This document shows, one piece after another, positions 1 to 12,861 of a DNA stretch of 64,000 bases. Made by a program: the position numbers and the translations under genes. Each line of letters begins with the position of its first letter. Position 1 is the first letter of the stretch. The DNA is from Eledone cirrhosa (lineage: Eukaryota), in the NCBI GenBank assembly GCA_964016885.1, contig OZ024740.1, forward strand, positions 186,992,001 to 187,056,000, in the 5' to 3' direction. The notes below the pieces were generated by a model. It did no database searches and had not been told where the DNA came from. It saw only the letters and a program-made list of their open reading frames with translations.

Positions 1-893
1 TACATGGCTTGTATAGCTCTCACAAGCCATTCATCAACACCTAGTTTTCTGAGAGCCCACCAGATAATGGGGTGTGGGACTCTGTCAAAGGCTTTTTCCA
101 AGTTAACAAAAGCTAAGTATAGGGGTTTACTTTTAGCTAGGTACTTCTCCTTTAGTTGTCATACAAGGAAAAGACCGTCTGTGGTACTTTTACCTGACAC
201 AAACCTGAACTGCATTTCATCTAGCTCAATTTGCTCTATGATTAGTTGCGCTATTACTTTTTCTCTGACCTTCATGATCTGGTCAATTAATTTAATGCCT
301 CTATAGTTTCCCCTGTCTAGGGCATCTCCTTTACCCTTGTAGCAGTTAATGATGATGCTGCTATGCCAGTCCTTTGGTATGACCCCATTCTGTATGACTT
401 GGTTTACTATCCGGGTGACCATAGTGTGCCCCACCCTTCCAGATGCTTTCAGCATTTCAGCAACTATTTCCGAAGGCCCAGCCACCTTGCCCATCTTCAT
501 ATCTTTGATTGCCTTACTTATTATACTACCTTCAACTTGCACTGCTGGTCCCTCTATTGGATCGATGTGGGGGAGACTGTCTTTCTCCCATTTATTCTCC
601 TCATTTAGTAGCCTTTCGTAGTGACACTTCCAAGCTACCTTCTTATCAGCATTGTTGATGGCAAGTACACCATCATCATTATGGACACACTTCTCTCCGA
701 CAATATCACAGTATTCCTTGACACATTACCTAGCAATCCTGAACACCTCACGTTTTTGGTCCTCGCGTTGTAGAACATACTTGAACTTTCTTTCCTCTGC
801 TTCCCTTCTTGCAAAGTACACTTGTTTCCCAGCTTCTCTCCTGGCCACTTGATAGTCTTCTCTACTTCCCCCATCCCGCCATACTTTCCGAGA
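1..893 (-). mobile_element. RTE-clade LINE fragment (RT N-terminal region), 5'-truncated at (TA)n
   Basis: ORF 159-542 (GKVAGPSEIVAEMLK...NYRGIKLID...QFRFVSGKSTTD) is near-identical to 9738-10559 and 59184-60308; homology stops at the TA run near 893. Confidence 0.92.
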
Positions 894-1059
894 TATAATA
901 TATATATATGCATGCATACATATATAATGTGTTTATCTGTAAATGGAAAAAAAACGTTTTGTATATAGAGCTGCATGTATATGTGTGAGTGTGTTTGTTA
1001 TACGTCCACTAAGTGTGTGTATATGTAAGTATACGAGTGTGTGTGGGAGTGTTTGCAAG

Positions 1060-1165
1060 AAGAAAGCTGACTGTCCATCTCCTCAATCTTTCTATTTCTT
1101 CTTTAAGTTCTCATTCTATTCTCTGAAGCAGGACTAGTGTCCAAAACGTTAAGACTATTTTCCTA
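1060..1165 (+). mobile_element. Relic repeat with degenerate minimal hammerhead-like motif (Penelope pLTR-like)
   Basis: TCT-CTGAAGCA-GG-ACTAGTGT-CC-AAAACGTTA-AGA at 1120-1154; homologous copy on the minus strand at about 12645-12790. Confidence 0.5.
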
Positions 1166-1201
1166 CTATATCAAGCGTAAAATTTGATGATATATATATA
1201 T

Positions 1202-1353
1202 ATCATCATCATCATCATCATCATCATTGTTTAATGTCTATCTTCCACAGTACCATAGATTAGACAGGAATTGTCCCACTTGAGGCAAGATTGATCGGGT
1301 GACCACGTCTCACTCGTATAGGACTATTAAACGATGATAATGATGATGATGAT
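1202..1353 (-). mobile_element. RTE 3'-tail relic with (CAT)n on the left and (GAT)n on the right
   Basis: CATCATCAT-TGTTTAATGTCTATCTTCCAC...CCCACTTGAGGCAAGA matches the RTE 3' UTR at 8161-8265. Confidence 0.7.
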
Positions 1354-1974
1354 ATTTACATGTGTGTTCATGTCTGTGAGTGCACAGGTAAAACTCCAGA
1401 GTAACAAGACTTACTATCTCATCATACTAAATTAATATATATATATATATTATAACTGGTCAGGCTTTATTTATTTTTGGAAACATCTATTCACCAGAAG
1501 TAACCATTATTCCAGATGATTATGGATATAAACATGGCTGATATTTAATTTTTGTGGCTGGTACATGAAGCTTCTAACAAGGGAAGTATTTTACCTTTAT
1601 AGCATAGACTATGGATGTATCTTGCACATAGTTAATGTGGTCAAGGATCTGAAGATGAATAATTGATTCAGAATTGTATATTATGAAACTATGAAGAAAA
1701 CAATAAATTAACAAATTTATTTTATACATACTCAGAAATGTAATACATACTTATTTACAGGCTTTACATTTTAAGCCTTGCTATGAAAATAAATAGGTAT
1801 AAATGTAGCCTGGATGCTGTTGAGTTTTTAATGTTGACAACCCAATAGTTTTTAAGTTATAAGCCTCTCAATGAAAGGAATCAAATGTTTGTATTGTCCT
1901 GACTAATTCTATCTCTATGGAGATTATTAGCAATTGAATTGGCTCCAGTATATATATTTGATTTGTCAAAAAAG

Positions 1975-2207
1975 ATATCCAACCTTAGTCTGGGAAATAA
2001 AAAATATGGCCATGGTGATGTTCCACTGCAAATCTCCTTCAAAATAACCTCTTTGTGCTACGACACATTTAACACAGTGATCATTTTACTGTTCAAAGCA
2101 CATCTGGAATGCTTCTTCTGGAATGGCTCTCAACTTTGCCATAACATTCCTGATGATTTCAAATGAATGAAACAGTTCTATTCCTATAGAACTCATTTCT
2201 ATCTAAA
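1975..2207. mobile_element. Possible decayed mariner-like fragment
   Basis: Loose resemblance, from memory, to non-autonomous mariner sequence (TTCAAAATAACCTC...AAGCACATCTGGAATGCTTCTTCTGGAATGGC); no intact TIR pair found. Confidence 0.3.
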
Positions 2208-2247
<40 letters not shown>

Positions 2248-2584
2248 GTGTAATGCTGGTGTCCTGGTCCCATGATAATATGCATCCTGTATACCATGTG
2301 AGGTGTTTAGCTTTAAGAAGGGCACCTAGCTGTAAAAACCATGCCTGAATGGAACATATGAGCAAGACACAGTTATTTGGCCTGTCTAGCCTCAGAATGT
2401 GGCAACCCATCTAACCCATAAAACCACTGAAAATAAATGTTAAACACTGATGATGAATATATATATATATATATATATATATGATGATGAAGATGATTAT
2501 ATATATAATCACCTTAATTATCATACATTTTTTTTATGCTGGCATGGGTTCTTCATTTCTTGCTGCTCCAGTTCAATTGAAAAA

Positions 2585-2735
2585 ACAAGCACCAGCACTA
2601 CTGCAGCTGGAATTTATCAGTCTGAAGGGTTGGTGCCCTGTCCAGAGGAAGGGATCCTGTACTCAGTCATTTACAACCTCATGAAAGTGGGATAAGCTCT
2701 GATCTGATGAGCCTCTATCCTCGAGACAAACTTTT
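2585..2735 (+). mobile_element. Decayed SINE 3' half (same family as 34990-35220)
   Basis: Shared blocks ...TCCAGAGG...GTACTCAGTC...CATGAAA...GGATAAGCTC...CTGATGAGCCT...CTCGAGACAA. Confidence 0.5.
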
Positions 2736-3164
2736 AACTTGTTCAAAGTATTACTTCATCCTTCTTTTGTAGGGCTCGTAGAGACAAAAGCCAAAATCTG
2801 TATTGGTGAAATTTAAACTTGGTTCACAGAGATTTTAAAAGATAAAAACTTGTGAGGTACTCCAATATTCATAGTTTTACTGTCAAATATTAAAGCCAAA
2901 TTATTAATAAATTTACAATTAAACATGACAAAACTCCAATACATTTAGAATTAAACATGACACATTACCATACATAATCAAGTGAATTTATTTTTTTAAA
3001 TGGATATCAGTCCATCTTTAATATTGTGTCTGATAAATAAAAGCAATATACTATTTGCCTTTGTTTGAGGCACTTGTGTTGTCTGCCTTCACTCTCAAAT
3101 TCTTAACTTCATCCACCATCAACTTATGACTTCTAAACTACCACACATGGTTCTATTACCTCCA

Positions 3165-3214
<50 letters not shown>

Positions 3215-5101
3215 GACTATCTGTCACACCTCCTACATCATTTTTTTCAACTTTAATTCTTTCCTCACTTATTTGTCTGCAGCCTAAGCAACAATAATAC
3301 TTCCTCCTTTCTTACACTCCTCATATCAAATGAACTTTACATATTTACCTATCTTGAATTTTACAATTGAATGAATTTTTGTCAATTTTGACCATCAACA
3401 AACAGCTTTTTATAGCTTTCCGATATTACCATAAAAGTATCAGACCTGTCCTCTCTGCTTCAAAGTCTTTTTCCAAACACAACACTATTTGAAAAATAAT
3501 AGGGGTGGGGGTGCAAAATTTATATGTAAAAGAATATATATTGTTCAAAATTCTTTCATTACATTGTTTTGATTTAAATATAAATTTCAATATGAAATAA
3601 CATATTTCCAATAAAGATTAATATAAAACAATGCCAAACAAATATTAATAATTTAACATAACAATGAAATGTAGATGGATTGTCTCAGCTATAACTGAAA
3701 ACTATAAAACATGGAACAACATAAACAAACTTGAAATAAACTACATTTATTAAAATAATAACACTGCATTTGCACATTAACCCTGTCCCAGCATATTCCC
3801 GCTCTAGCAGGAATAGCCTAAACATAATCTCTATTAGATTCATGTTAAAGTGGTAATGAACAACACAGAAATATAAAATAAAATACTAAAAATAGACAAC
3901 CGATCACATTGCAGTTTTGTAGTTTGGTGTGTTTATGTATCATTGTTAATGGTGTCCCTTAGAGCTGTTTTTAATCGAAAAATCCCCACTAGATCTTATT
4001 GCAATGTGTGATGAACCCACAAAGAATTAAACTCTTTATAATTGATGAAATCATTGAAGAAATTTAGTCTATGGATGAGAGTAACCAAGACAAGAATTTC
4101 AACATGTTTACCTTTATGCAGACAGCATAATGAAACTTGGGAAAGTGGTGGGGAAAATAGCAATTCAGTTGAAAACATTTGGTGTGGTCATCACACAGCT
4201 GATACTGATAGGGGTGGGGTAGATTATGTAAATCTAGATGAAGGGTGGGAAGATGCATTTACTGCACCACTTTGTGTTGATTATATACATTAGTTTGCCT
4301 GCAATCATTACTCTTGAGCTGTGTATGGAACAATTTATCTTTTTGCTCAGGGGCCCAGGTATATGGTAAAGTTTGACACAGGGCTCCACGTAAGAGAAGG
4401 TCAAGAGTAATATCAACAAATTGTTTTTGGATGGTAGACAATAGACAGTTTTAACACACATACCTGAGTGTCTTTAGCAGAGTTCACTTTGTTGTAAGCA
4501 TTTAGACTAGGTCTCCAAGTTCTTCCTTTCCCTGTCAGTATCAAGGAGGTCAGCAGAAAAAAAGGCTATATCTGTGCAAACACCACTAGTTCCAAAATCA
4601 CCACTAGTTCCAAAATCACTTGCTGATAAACACACAGAGAGAAATATATGAAGTATCATGGGTATTACCAATTCTTTTGAATAAGCAATAAAATATATCT
4701 TTTTTGTTTTGTTGACAAAAGGGGAATGAGAAAAAGAGTATTATATATATATAAATAAATATATATAAAGTCTGTGGTGCTGAGCCCAGGGAGACCACAA
4801 ATCAGGATAGTACTCTCTCTCTCTCTCTCTCTTTTTATATATATATATATATATATGTAGATAAATCTACCAAAATATACGATAGTGTCCAATCTGTATG
4901 AAGAACTCAATGTAATCCAAATATCATGAAAAGAAGAAGATGCATTCAAAGATTTTTGATAAAAATCATAGGAAAACAGAGTCAAGATAAATTAATAAAA
5001 ACAATGAAATAAAAACAAAGAACAAGTTCCTTATATTAAAAAATTATTCATAAATGATGAATTTTTTAATATAAGGAATTTGTTCTTTGTTTTTATTAAT
5101 T

Positions 5102-5879
<778 letters not shown>

Positions 5880-5927
5880 ATATATATGCATATATAAATA
5901 TAGTAGAATGATATTCCATTAAATAAT

Positions 5928-6296
5928 TGTTTCTACTTTAGGCACAAGGCCAGCACATACCCAGTGCATTACTGGTACTTTATTTTATGGACTCCGTAAG
6001 GATAAAAGGCAAAGTCAACCTCGGCGGGATTTGAACTCAGATCGTAAAGGGACGTAACTATGCTGGAAAGCATGGCGTCCGACCCTTCACCGATACTCCA
6101 TTAAATAATTGTTTCTACGTTAGGCACAAGGCCAGCAAATTACCCAGTGCATTACTGGTACTTTATTTTATCGACCCCGTAAGGATGAAAGGCAAAGTCA
6201 ACCTCGGCAGGATTTGAACTCAGATCGTAAAGGGACGTAACTATGCTGGAAAGCATGGCGTCCGACACTCTACCGATACTGCCAATCCACCACCCT
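5928..6296 (-). mobile_element. Two tandem copies of a second tRNA-derived SINE (~185 bp)
   Basis: Minus-strand B box GAGTTCAAATCC, central GCCTTTCATCCTTACGGGGTCGATAAAATAAAGTACCAG, 3' end CCTTGTGCCTAAAGTAGAAACA. TSDs TCCATTAAATAAT (5915/6097) and TTAAATAAT (6101/6297). Confidence 0.9.
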
Positions 6297-8160
6297 TTAA
6301 ATAATGGAAGAGAACTGTAATTAAAGTAAGGTACTCCATACATCAGGTAAAGAAGACATTAACGAATTTCATTGAGAGATCATTTTTACAAGACTAGTAA
6401 TGTTTCATTTGGAGATATGATTTAGTCACTGAATGTGTGCTGATATGTGTGTTCAGACAAATTTTACTCCAAAGATTGATGTTAGAAGAAATTTACCTAA
6501 GGTGCTGTAGAGTTAGATTGAACTGTAGCAACCATGTATTTACATGGTAAATGTCTTAACCACACAGCCATCCCAGCAACAAATATCATGTAAAGAAATG
6601 TCTCTGTATTTTAAAATCATTAACATCATCACACTCACTAATTCAATACTCTTAAAAAGTAGTTTGCTGCAGCAAATTCTATTTGTGTTGTTCAATTGTT
6701 TTAGGGGATTTTTTCTCTCACCATGCTCACCACCATATCCTAACCCTGTCCCATTCCTAGGTCATTTATCATAATGTTTGGCATCTCTTATTAATTCACA
6801 TTTGAGAAATTTTGTTACTAACTTATGTTTTGTTAAATTTTTTTTAATTTGTTATTCTGTCAATGTTTAAATTCTATTATGAATTAGTGCAGTAACTATG
6901 ACAATCTTTCACTATACTGACACCTTGTCAGTTGCTGTTGTTATTGTTATTGACATTTTTTAGCTCCAAGTTTACAGACCTATATTTGTAAGTAGTCTAG
7001 CTGTGGTTGCAATCATACCAGCCTTTTTAGGGGTATCTAGTGCAACATACCTAATCCATTGCATGTCCTCTTTTAAAATGGCAAGTTTTGATTTGTGGAA
7101 GATTAGTTTCTATTTCTAGCAAGTCAAACTAACCAAACTTTGAATCCCACCACACTTGTTACACATCATAACAGCATACTTGCTACCCACCTATTGACAC
7201 ATGACATTAGACTTATTATCTACCTGATCTCTATTCTCTCCCTTCTAAACATGCATCACTTTAGACAGAACACCAATGCTCCAACTCATATGATATGAGG
7301 GCTCTTCAGTTGAGTCTCTGACAACCTTATATGGTAGAGAGCGCTTTTCAATTGAGTCTGATTAGGTACTGATTGATCTGTAATGACCCATCCAACCCTC
7401 GCTAGAAGGGAGAATGGACGTTAAATGATGATGATAGCGATGATGATGAACTTCAAAGCAGTAGCATATTGAAATCATACGATTTTCAAAGATAAATAAT
7501 TGTATCGAAGTTTCAAATATTCTTTTTTTTTTGTTTGTTTCTGACATTGCTGAACAGTCTTGTAGCAACATGACTGAGATAGGAAATGCCTTGTGTATGT
7601 ATGTTAATTTTAAACAGTTACAGATGGCGATATAAATACACAGACACACATGGCATATTCTTATGGTTGATGTACATACTAATAAACAATGTGTGTGTGT
7701 ATGTACATGCCTATCCTTAGCTTTAAATCAAACTAACTTAAAATGTTATACATGCTGGACTATAGAAATTCAGTGAAAGCTATAACTTCCCATTGTATAT
7801 GAAAATGAAGCTCTTTGTTTTCTAACGACACAGTGCTATTTCATTGATATAATGTTGAAATCCGCAAGCAGTGACCCCCAACAGTTGATAACGTATACAT
7901 CACATCTCAAGTCAAAGCAAATTGCAATTATCATTGAAATGTTGATGCTGCTCGTCTTGTGTGATAAGCTTGACAAATGATAACTTGTCACATTCTGACT
8001 TAAATTAGATGTTTATTATGCAGTCAAACAACCAATTAACAATACCTATTTGCTTCCTACTTTTCATGATAGATAATTGCTATATGCTCTGTTTCTTTTA
8101 CAATATTTTACAGAGATCATATACATATATGTGTGTGTTGATTTCCTTGTGATATGTATA

Positions 8161-11100
8161 TCATCATCATCATCATCGTTTAACGTCCATCTTCCACGCT
8201 TGGATGGGTTTGGACGAGATTTTTCCCACTTGAGGCAGGATTGGTTGTCCTGCTCGTATAGGACTGTCTGGCGGGTTTTCTACGGCTGGATGCCCTTCCT
8301 AACACCAACCACGTTTACAGTGTGGACTGGGAGGTTTTTACCGTGTTACCTACACGGCCACATTACAGCGTGGACTGTGTGTTTTTTTGTTGTGACACCT
8401 ACACGACCTCATTTGTTTCGGACTGGATGTTGTGGTACCAACATAACTTCACATTGAAGGGTGTGGTGTGGATGGGGTGGGGGTAGTGGGACAGAGGTGT
8501 ATTTTTGTTAGAGGTGCCTACTGACTGTAGGTTTTGCTTTGTACTTAGGAAAGGCGGGTGTAACACCAAAGATCTCGGTCCAGTGACATTGTCTTGGAGA
8601 GGTGTAAGTGTGTGAGGTCGGAATTTATCAAGTCGTCCCAGGTTTTTCTGGGTCTGCCTACTCCGTGGCTACCGTCTATTTTTATCGCCCTGCACTTTTT
8701 TATATAAAACTGTCGTCTTTCATGCGCATCACGTGACAGTACCAACGTAGTCTTCTCTCGAGTAAACAATGTCTGATCCCTCTTATTCCTAAATTCTCCC
8801 TTAGTTCGTTTATGCTCTGCCGTTCACGTATATTACTATTACACATCCAGTGGAGCATGCAAGCTTCGTTCCTCTCCAGTCTGTGTATATCCTCTGCACA
8901 CAATGCCCAGGTCTCACTGCCATGTAACATTGCTGTTAGTATGCAGACATCATACAGCCTGCCTTTCATTTTTAGAGAGAACGCTTTAGTGGCCAATAGT
9001 GGTATAAGCTCTCTGAACTTTTTCCATCCCTTTCTGACTCTAGCTACTGTACTTTCAGAGCACGCACCCTCCACCACTGCTGATTTTGTCACCCAGGTAA
9101 CGGAATGTGTCCACTATTTCTATAGAACCATCTGTGCAATGGAATGAGCTAGTATCCCGTGGGCAATTGCTGCTACTTATTGCACCAGAGCACTGGCCAC
9201 ATATAAAATCTATATTCTTAGTTAGCTTACCTGTGATCCCACTACATCTTTTATGCACCCATACTTCGCATTTGGGACATAAAATGGAGTTTCTGCCTAC
9301 TCTTTCCCTACACACTGAGCATGGCCATTTCCCAGATGGGACCGGTGCCCTATTTTCCTTCCTACAAACTAGAACTTTAGTTTTAGACAAGTTAATATTA
9401 AGGCTTTTTGATTCTAGACCATGCTTCCATGTTTGGAATTTCTTCTCTAGTTCAGCCATTGATTCAACTATGAGCATTAGATCATCTGCGTATAGAAGTT
9501 CCCATGGGCAGCTGGTCTTGAACTCCTCTGTTATAGCCTGAAGGGCAATAATAAATAGTAGGAGGCTAAGAACGGAGCCCTGATGAACACCAACTTTTAC
9601 GCTAAACTCTTCACTATATTCGTTGTTAATTCTAACCTTGCTGACTGTTTCTTTGTACATGGCTTGTATAGCTCTCACAAGCCATTCATCAACACCTAGT
9701 TTTGGAGCGGAGGACTCTGTCAAAGGCTTTCTCCAAGTCAACAAAAGCTAAGTATAGGGGGTTTACTTTTAGCTAGGTAATTCTCCTGTAGTTGTCGTAC
9801 AATGAAAAGACCGTCTGTGGTACTTTTACCTGACACGAACCTGAACTGCATTTCATCTAGATCAATTCGTTCTCTGATTAGTTGCGCTATTACTTTTTCT
9901 GTGACCTTCATGACCTGGTCGATTAATTTAATGCCTCTATAGTTACCCCTATCTAGGGCATCTCCTTTATCCTTGTAGCAGTTAATGATGATGATGCTAC
10001 GCCAGTCCTTTGGAACGGCCCCATTCTGTATGACTTGGTTTACTATCCGGGTGACCATAGTGTGTCCCGCCGTTCCGGATGCTTTCAGCATTTCAGCAAC
10101 TATTTCCGAAGGCCCAGCCGCCTTACCCATCTTCATATCTTTGATTGCCTTACTTATTATACTACCTTCAACTAGCACTGCTGGTCCCTCTATTGGATCG
10201 ATGTGGGAGAGACTGTCTTTCTCCCATTTATTCTCCTCATTTAATAGCCTTTCGTAGTGACACTTCCAAGCTACCTTCTTATCAGCATCATTGATGGCAA
10301 GTACACCATCATCATTAAGGACACACTTCTCCCCGACAATATCACGGTTTTCCTTGGCACATTGCCTAGCAATCCTGAACACCTCAAGTTTTTGGTCCTC
10401 GCGTTGTAGAACATGCTTTAACTTTCTTTCCTCTGCTTCCCTTCTTGTGAAGTACACTTGTCTCCTAGTTTCCCTCCTGGCCACTTGATAGTCTTCTCTA
10501 CTTCCCCCATCCCGCCATACTTTCCAAGCCTGCTTTTTGGCCTTAATTGACTCCTCCACCTTACTGTTCCACCACGACGTTACTCTCCTCCTGCCTATAG
10601 GCCTGCTCCAGCCACAGACTTCATCTGCCGCCTTTGCAGGTTAGCTTTCAGGAATTCCCACTGTTCCTCTATATTGTACGACTCTAATTGCTCTTCCTTA
10701 CTGTCGAAAGCATCAAATAATATGCTTTAAAAATTTATTACTGGCTGTGGGGTCCTTTAGCTTCCATATTTTTCTCCTGAGGATAGTCCTCCTCTGTTGT
10801 CGAGTACGTCTTGTCCTGACTATGAGGTCGCTGACTATGAGTCTATGTTGGGAGGTGCATTCTTGATGGGGGAGAGATTTAGTGTTTACAACAGACACTC
10901 TATCACGTCTTCTGGTAAGGATATAATCTATCTGACTGGCATGTTCCCCTGATCTATAGGTGATCAAGTGATTGTCTCGTTTTTTGAAGTTAGTGTTACA
11001 GATAGTTAGCTTATTTGCATCACAGAATTCAAGAATTCTGAAGCCTTCCTCATTTCTAGTACCAAACCCATAGCCTCCATGGATTCCGTCATAGCTGTCA

Positions 11101-12512
11101 CAATATTGTCCAACGTGACCATTTAGGTCACCAGCAATAATTATGTAGTCACTGTCGGTTATTTGGGAGGCTAGTGAGCATCAATGTCTCATAGAATCTG
11201 TATTTTATAATGCCAGGCAGTCCGAATTGGGGTGCATACGCAGATATTACTGTCACAGTAGTTCTATTTAGGACAAGTCTTATTTTAATTATTCCGTAGT
11301 TCACTCTATTTACGTCTATTATCTTATCTACCCATTTTTCTGCTAACATGACTCCTACCCCACCCAGCCCATTGTCATTTCCCACCCAGAAAAGCTTATA
11401 GCATCGTTTTTTACCCACAATGAATCTAGCAGACCCACCCCTCCACCTGATCTTTTGGATACAGCAAACATCAACCTCCTTACGTTCAAGCATTTCTACA
11501 ACCTCGTTAAAGCGACCGTTTAAGGTGCCTACATTCATGGTACCAACTCTGAAGTTTTGGATTGCGTTTGGTGGGTGGGAACGGTGGGGTGCGGGGAGGG
11601 GTGAGGAGGATGGGGTTGGGCTTATGTTGGCCATCCGCGGCCGAAACAAAGAGGAGGAGTCCTTGCCTTTTCGTTCAGCAGCATGAGGTGAATTTGTCTT
11701 TATCTTTGGCATTGTCACTGAGTGTCCAGATTTTTCCGACTCTCCAGAATTCCTTAGTCCATCCATCATATCGAAAAGCAACCAGGAGAAGTGATAGCAT
11801 AGGCCGCTGACTTATGATTGGTCCAAATAATAATGGTTTATTTATATTTGGTGAGAGAAGGGAGTGATTGAAAGGGTGAACCAGCAGGCGCGTATAGGGT
11901 ATGGGGGGAGCGGGGGTAAAGATTAAGAGGGACAAGGAGGCCATTTTATAAATCCTAGAATTTTCGGCCAAAATTAAACAAACGAGATTGTTATTTTAGA
12001 AAAACAAATGGGGCATTTTACGAGAGGGTTTAAATAATAAAATCTTTGAATTTTGGGCATAATTGGACAAGCATATTACAGTAATAAGCGAATAATGTAA
12101 TTTTAAAATACAAGAAGTTTATTTAGAACAACCAGACAGAATTATAGAATAGCATTGAGGAAGAGCAAAAGATTGGATTATGTGCGATGATACGGATATA
12201 TGAATGAATGGACTGAGAGGCTGTAGAGACAAGAAAAAATGGTATTTTACATTACATTTCGCAGGAGAGTGAGCAGGTTTGACCATTAATAAGCGTTGAC
12301 AAATTCTGAGATTCGTACCTCGTAACAGGTTTATTTATATTTGGTGAGAGAAGGGAGTGATTGAAAGGGTGAACCAGCAGGCGCGTATACGATATAGGGG
12401 GGGGGGGTAAAGATTAAGAGGGACAAGGAGGCCATTTTATAAATCCTAGAATTTTCGGCCAAAATTAAACAAACGAGATTGTTATTTTAGAAAAACAAAT
12501 GGGGCATTTTAC
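8161..12512 (-). mobile_element. Near full-length RTE-clade LINE (APE + RT, frameshifted)
   Basis: APE start FRVGTMNVGTL...SAYAPQ (11149-11781), SQIDYIL, RT GVHQGSVLS...LLYADD, cysteine-rich insert, HGSETW...GRPRKTW, (GAT)n tail at 8161; candidate TSD ATATGTATA (8152-8160 and 12519-12527). Confidence 0.95.
11835..12512 (-). repeat. Two ~185 bp direct repeats (11835-12021, 12328-12512) in the RTE 5' region
   Basis: GGTTTATTTATATTTGGTGAGAG...GGGGCATTTTAC is present twice, differing only around the G-rich tract. Confidence 0.93.
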
Positions 12513-12644
12513 ATATATATATGTATACATATATATATGAGTGTGTGTGTATGTTTTTATGTATGTAAAAAGCAAACAGAAATAACAAAGCAAACAACAC
12601 ACTACAGTGAAGAAATATATAAGTTTAATGTTAAAAAAAAAACA

Positions 12645-12790
12645 GGAAAAGAGTCATAACGTTTTGAACACTAGACCCTCATCCGAAAATAGAATGAGAA
12701 ATAAAAGATGAAATAGAAAGATAAAGATTGAGAAGAGGTAGGAACAGAAAAAGGAGAAAAAAACCACACACGATTATTCAGTCAGCCATT
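12645..12790 (-). mobile_element. Second copy of the relic repeat with degenerate hammerhead-like motif
   Basis: Reverse complement reads TCTCATTCTATTTT-CGGATGA-GGGTCTAGTGTTC-AAAACGTTA-TGACT, homologous to 1109-1156. Confidence 0.5.
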
Positions 12791-12807
12791 TTGGAGAGGT
12801 ACCTATA

Positions 12808-12861
<54 letters not shown>

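Noticed and set aside
4581-4620. Short tandem duplications and small palindromes (also 31634-31692, 30510-30535, 12966-13005)
   Set aside because: Ordinary slippage or repair products in AT-rich DNA, with no supporting context.
11835-12512. LTR retrotransposon or solo TRIM
   Set aside because: No TG...CA termini, PBS, PPT or own TSD; it lies within the RTE's candidate TSD.
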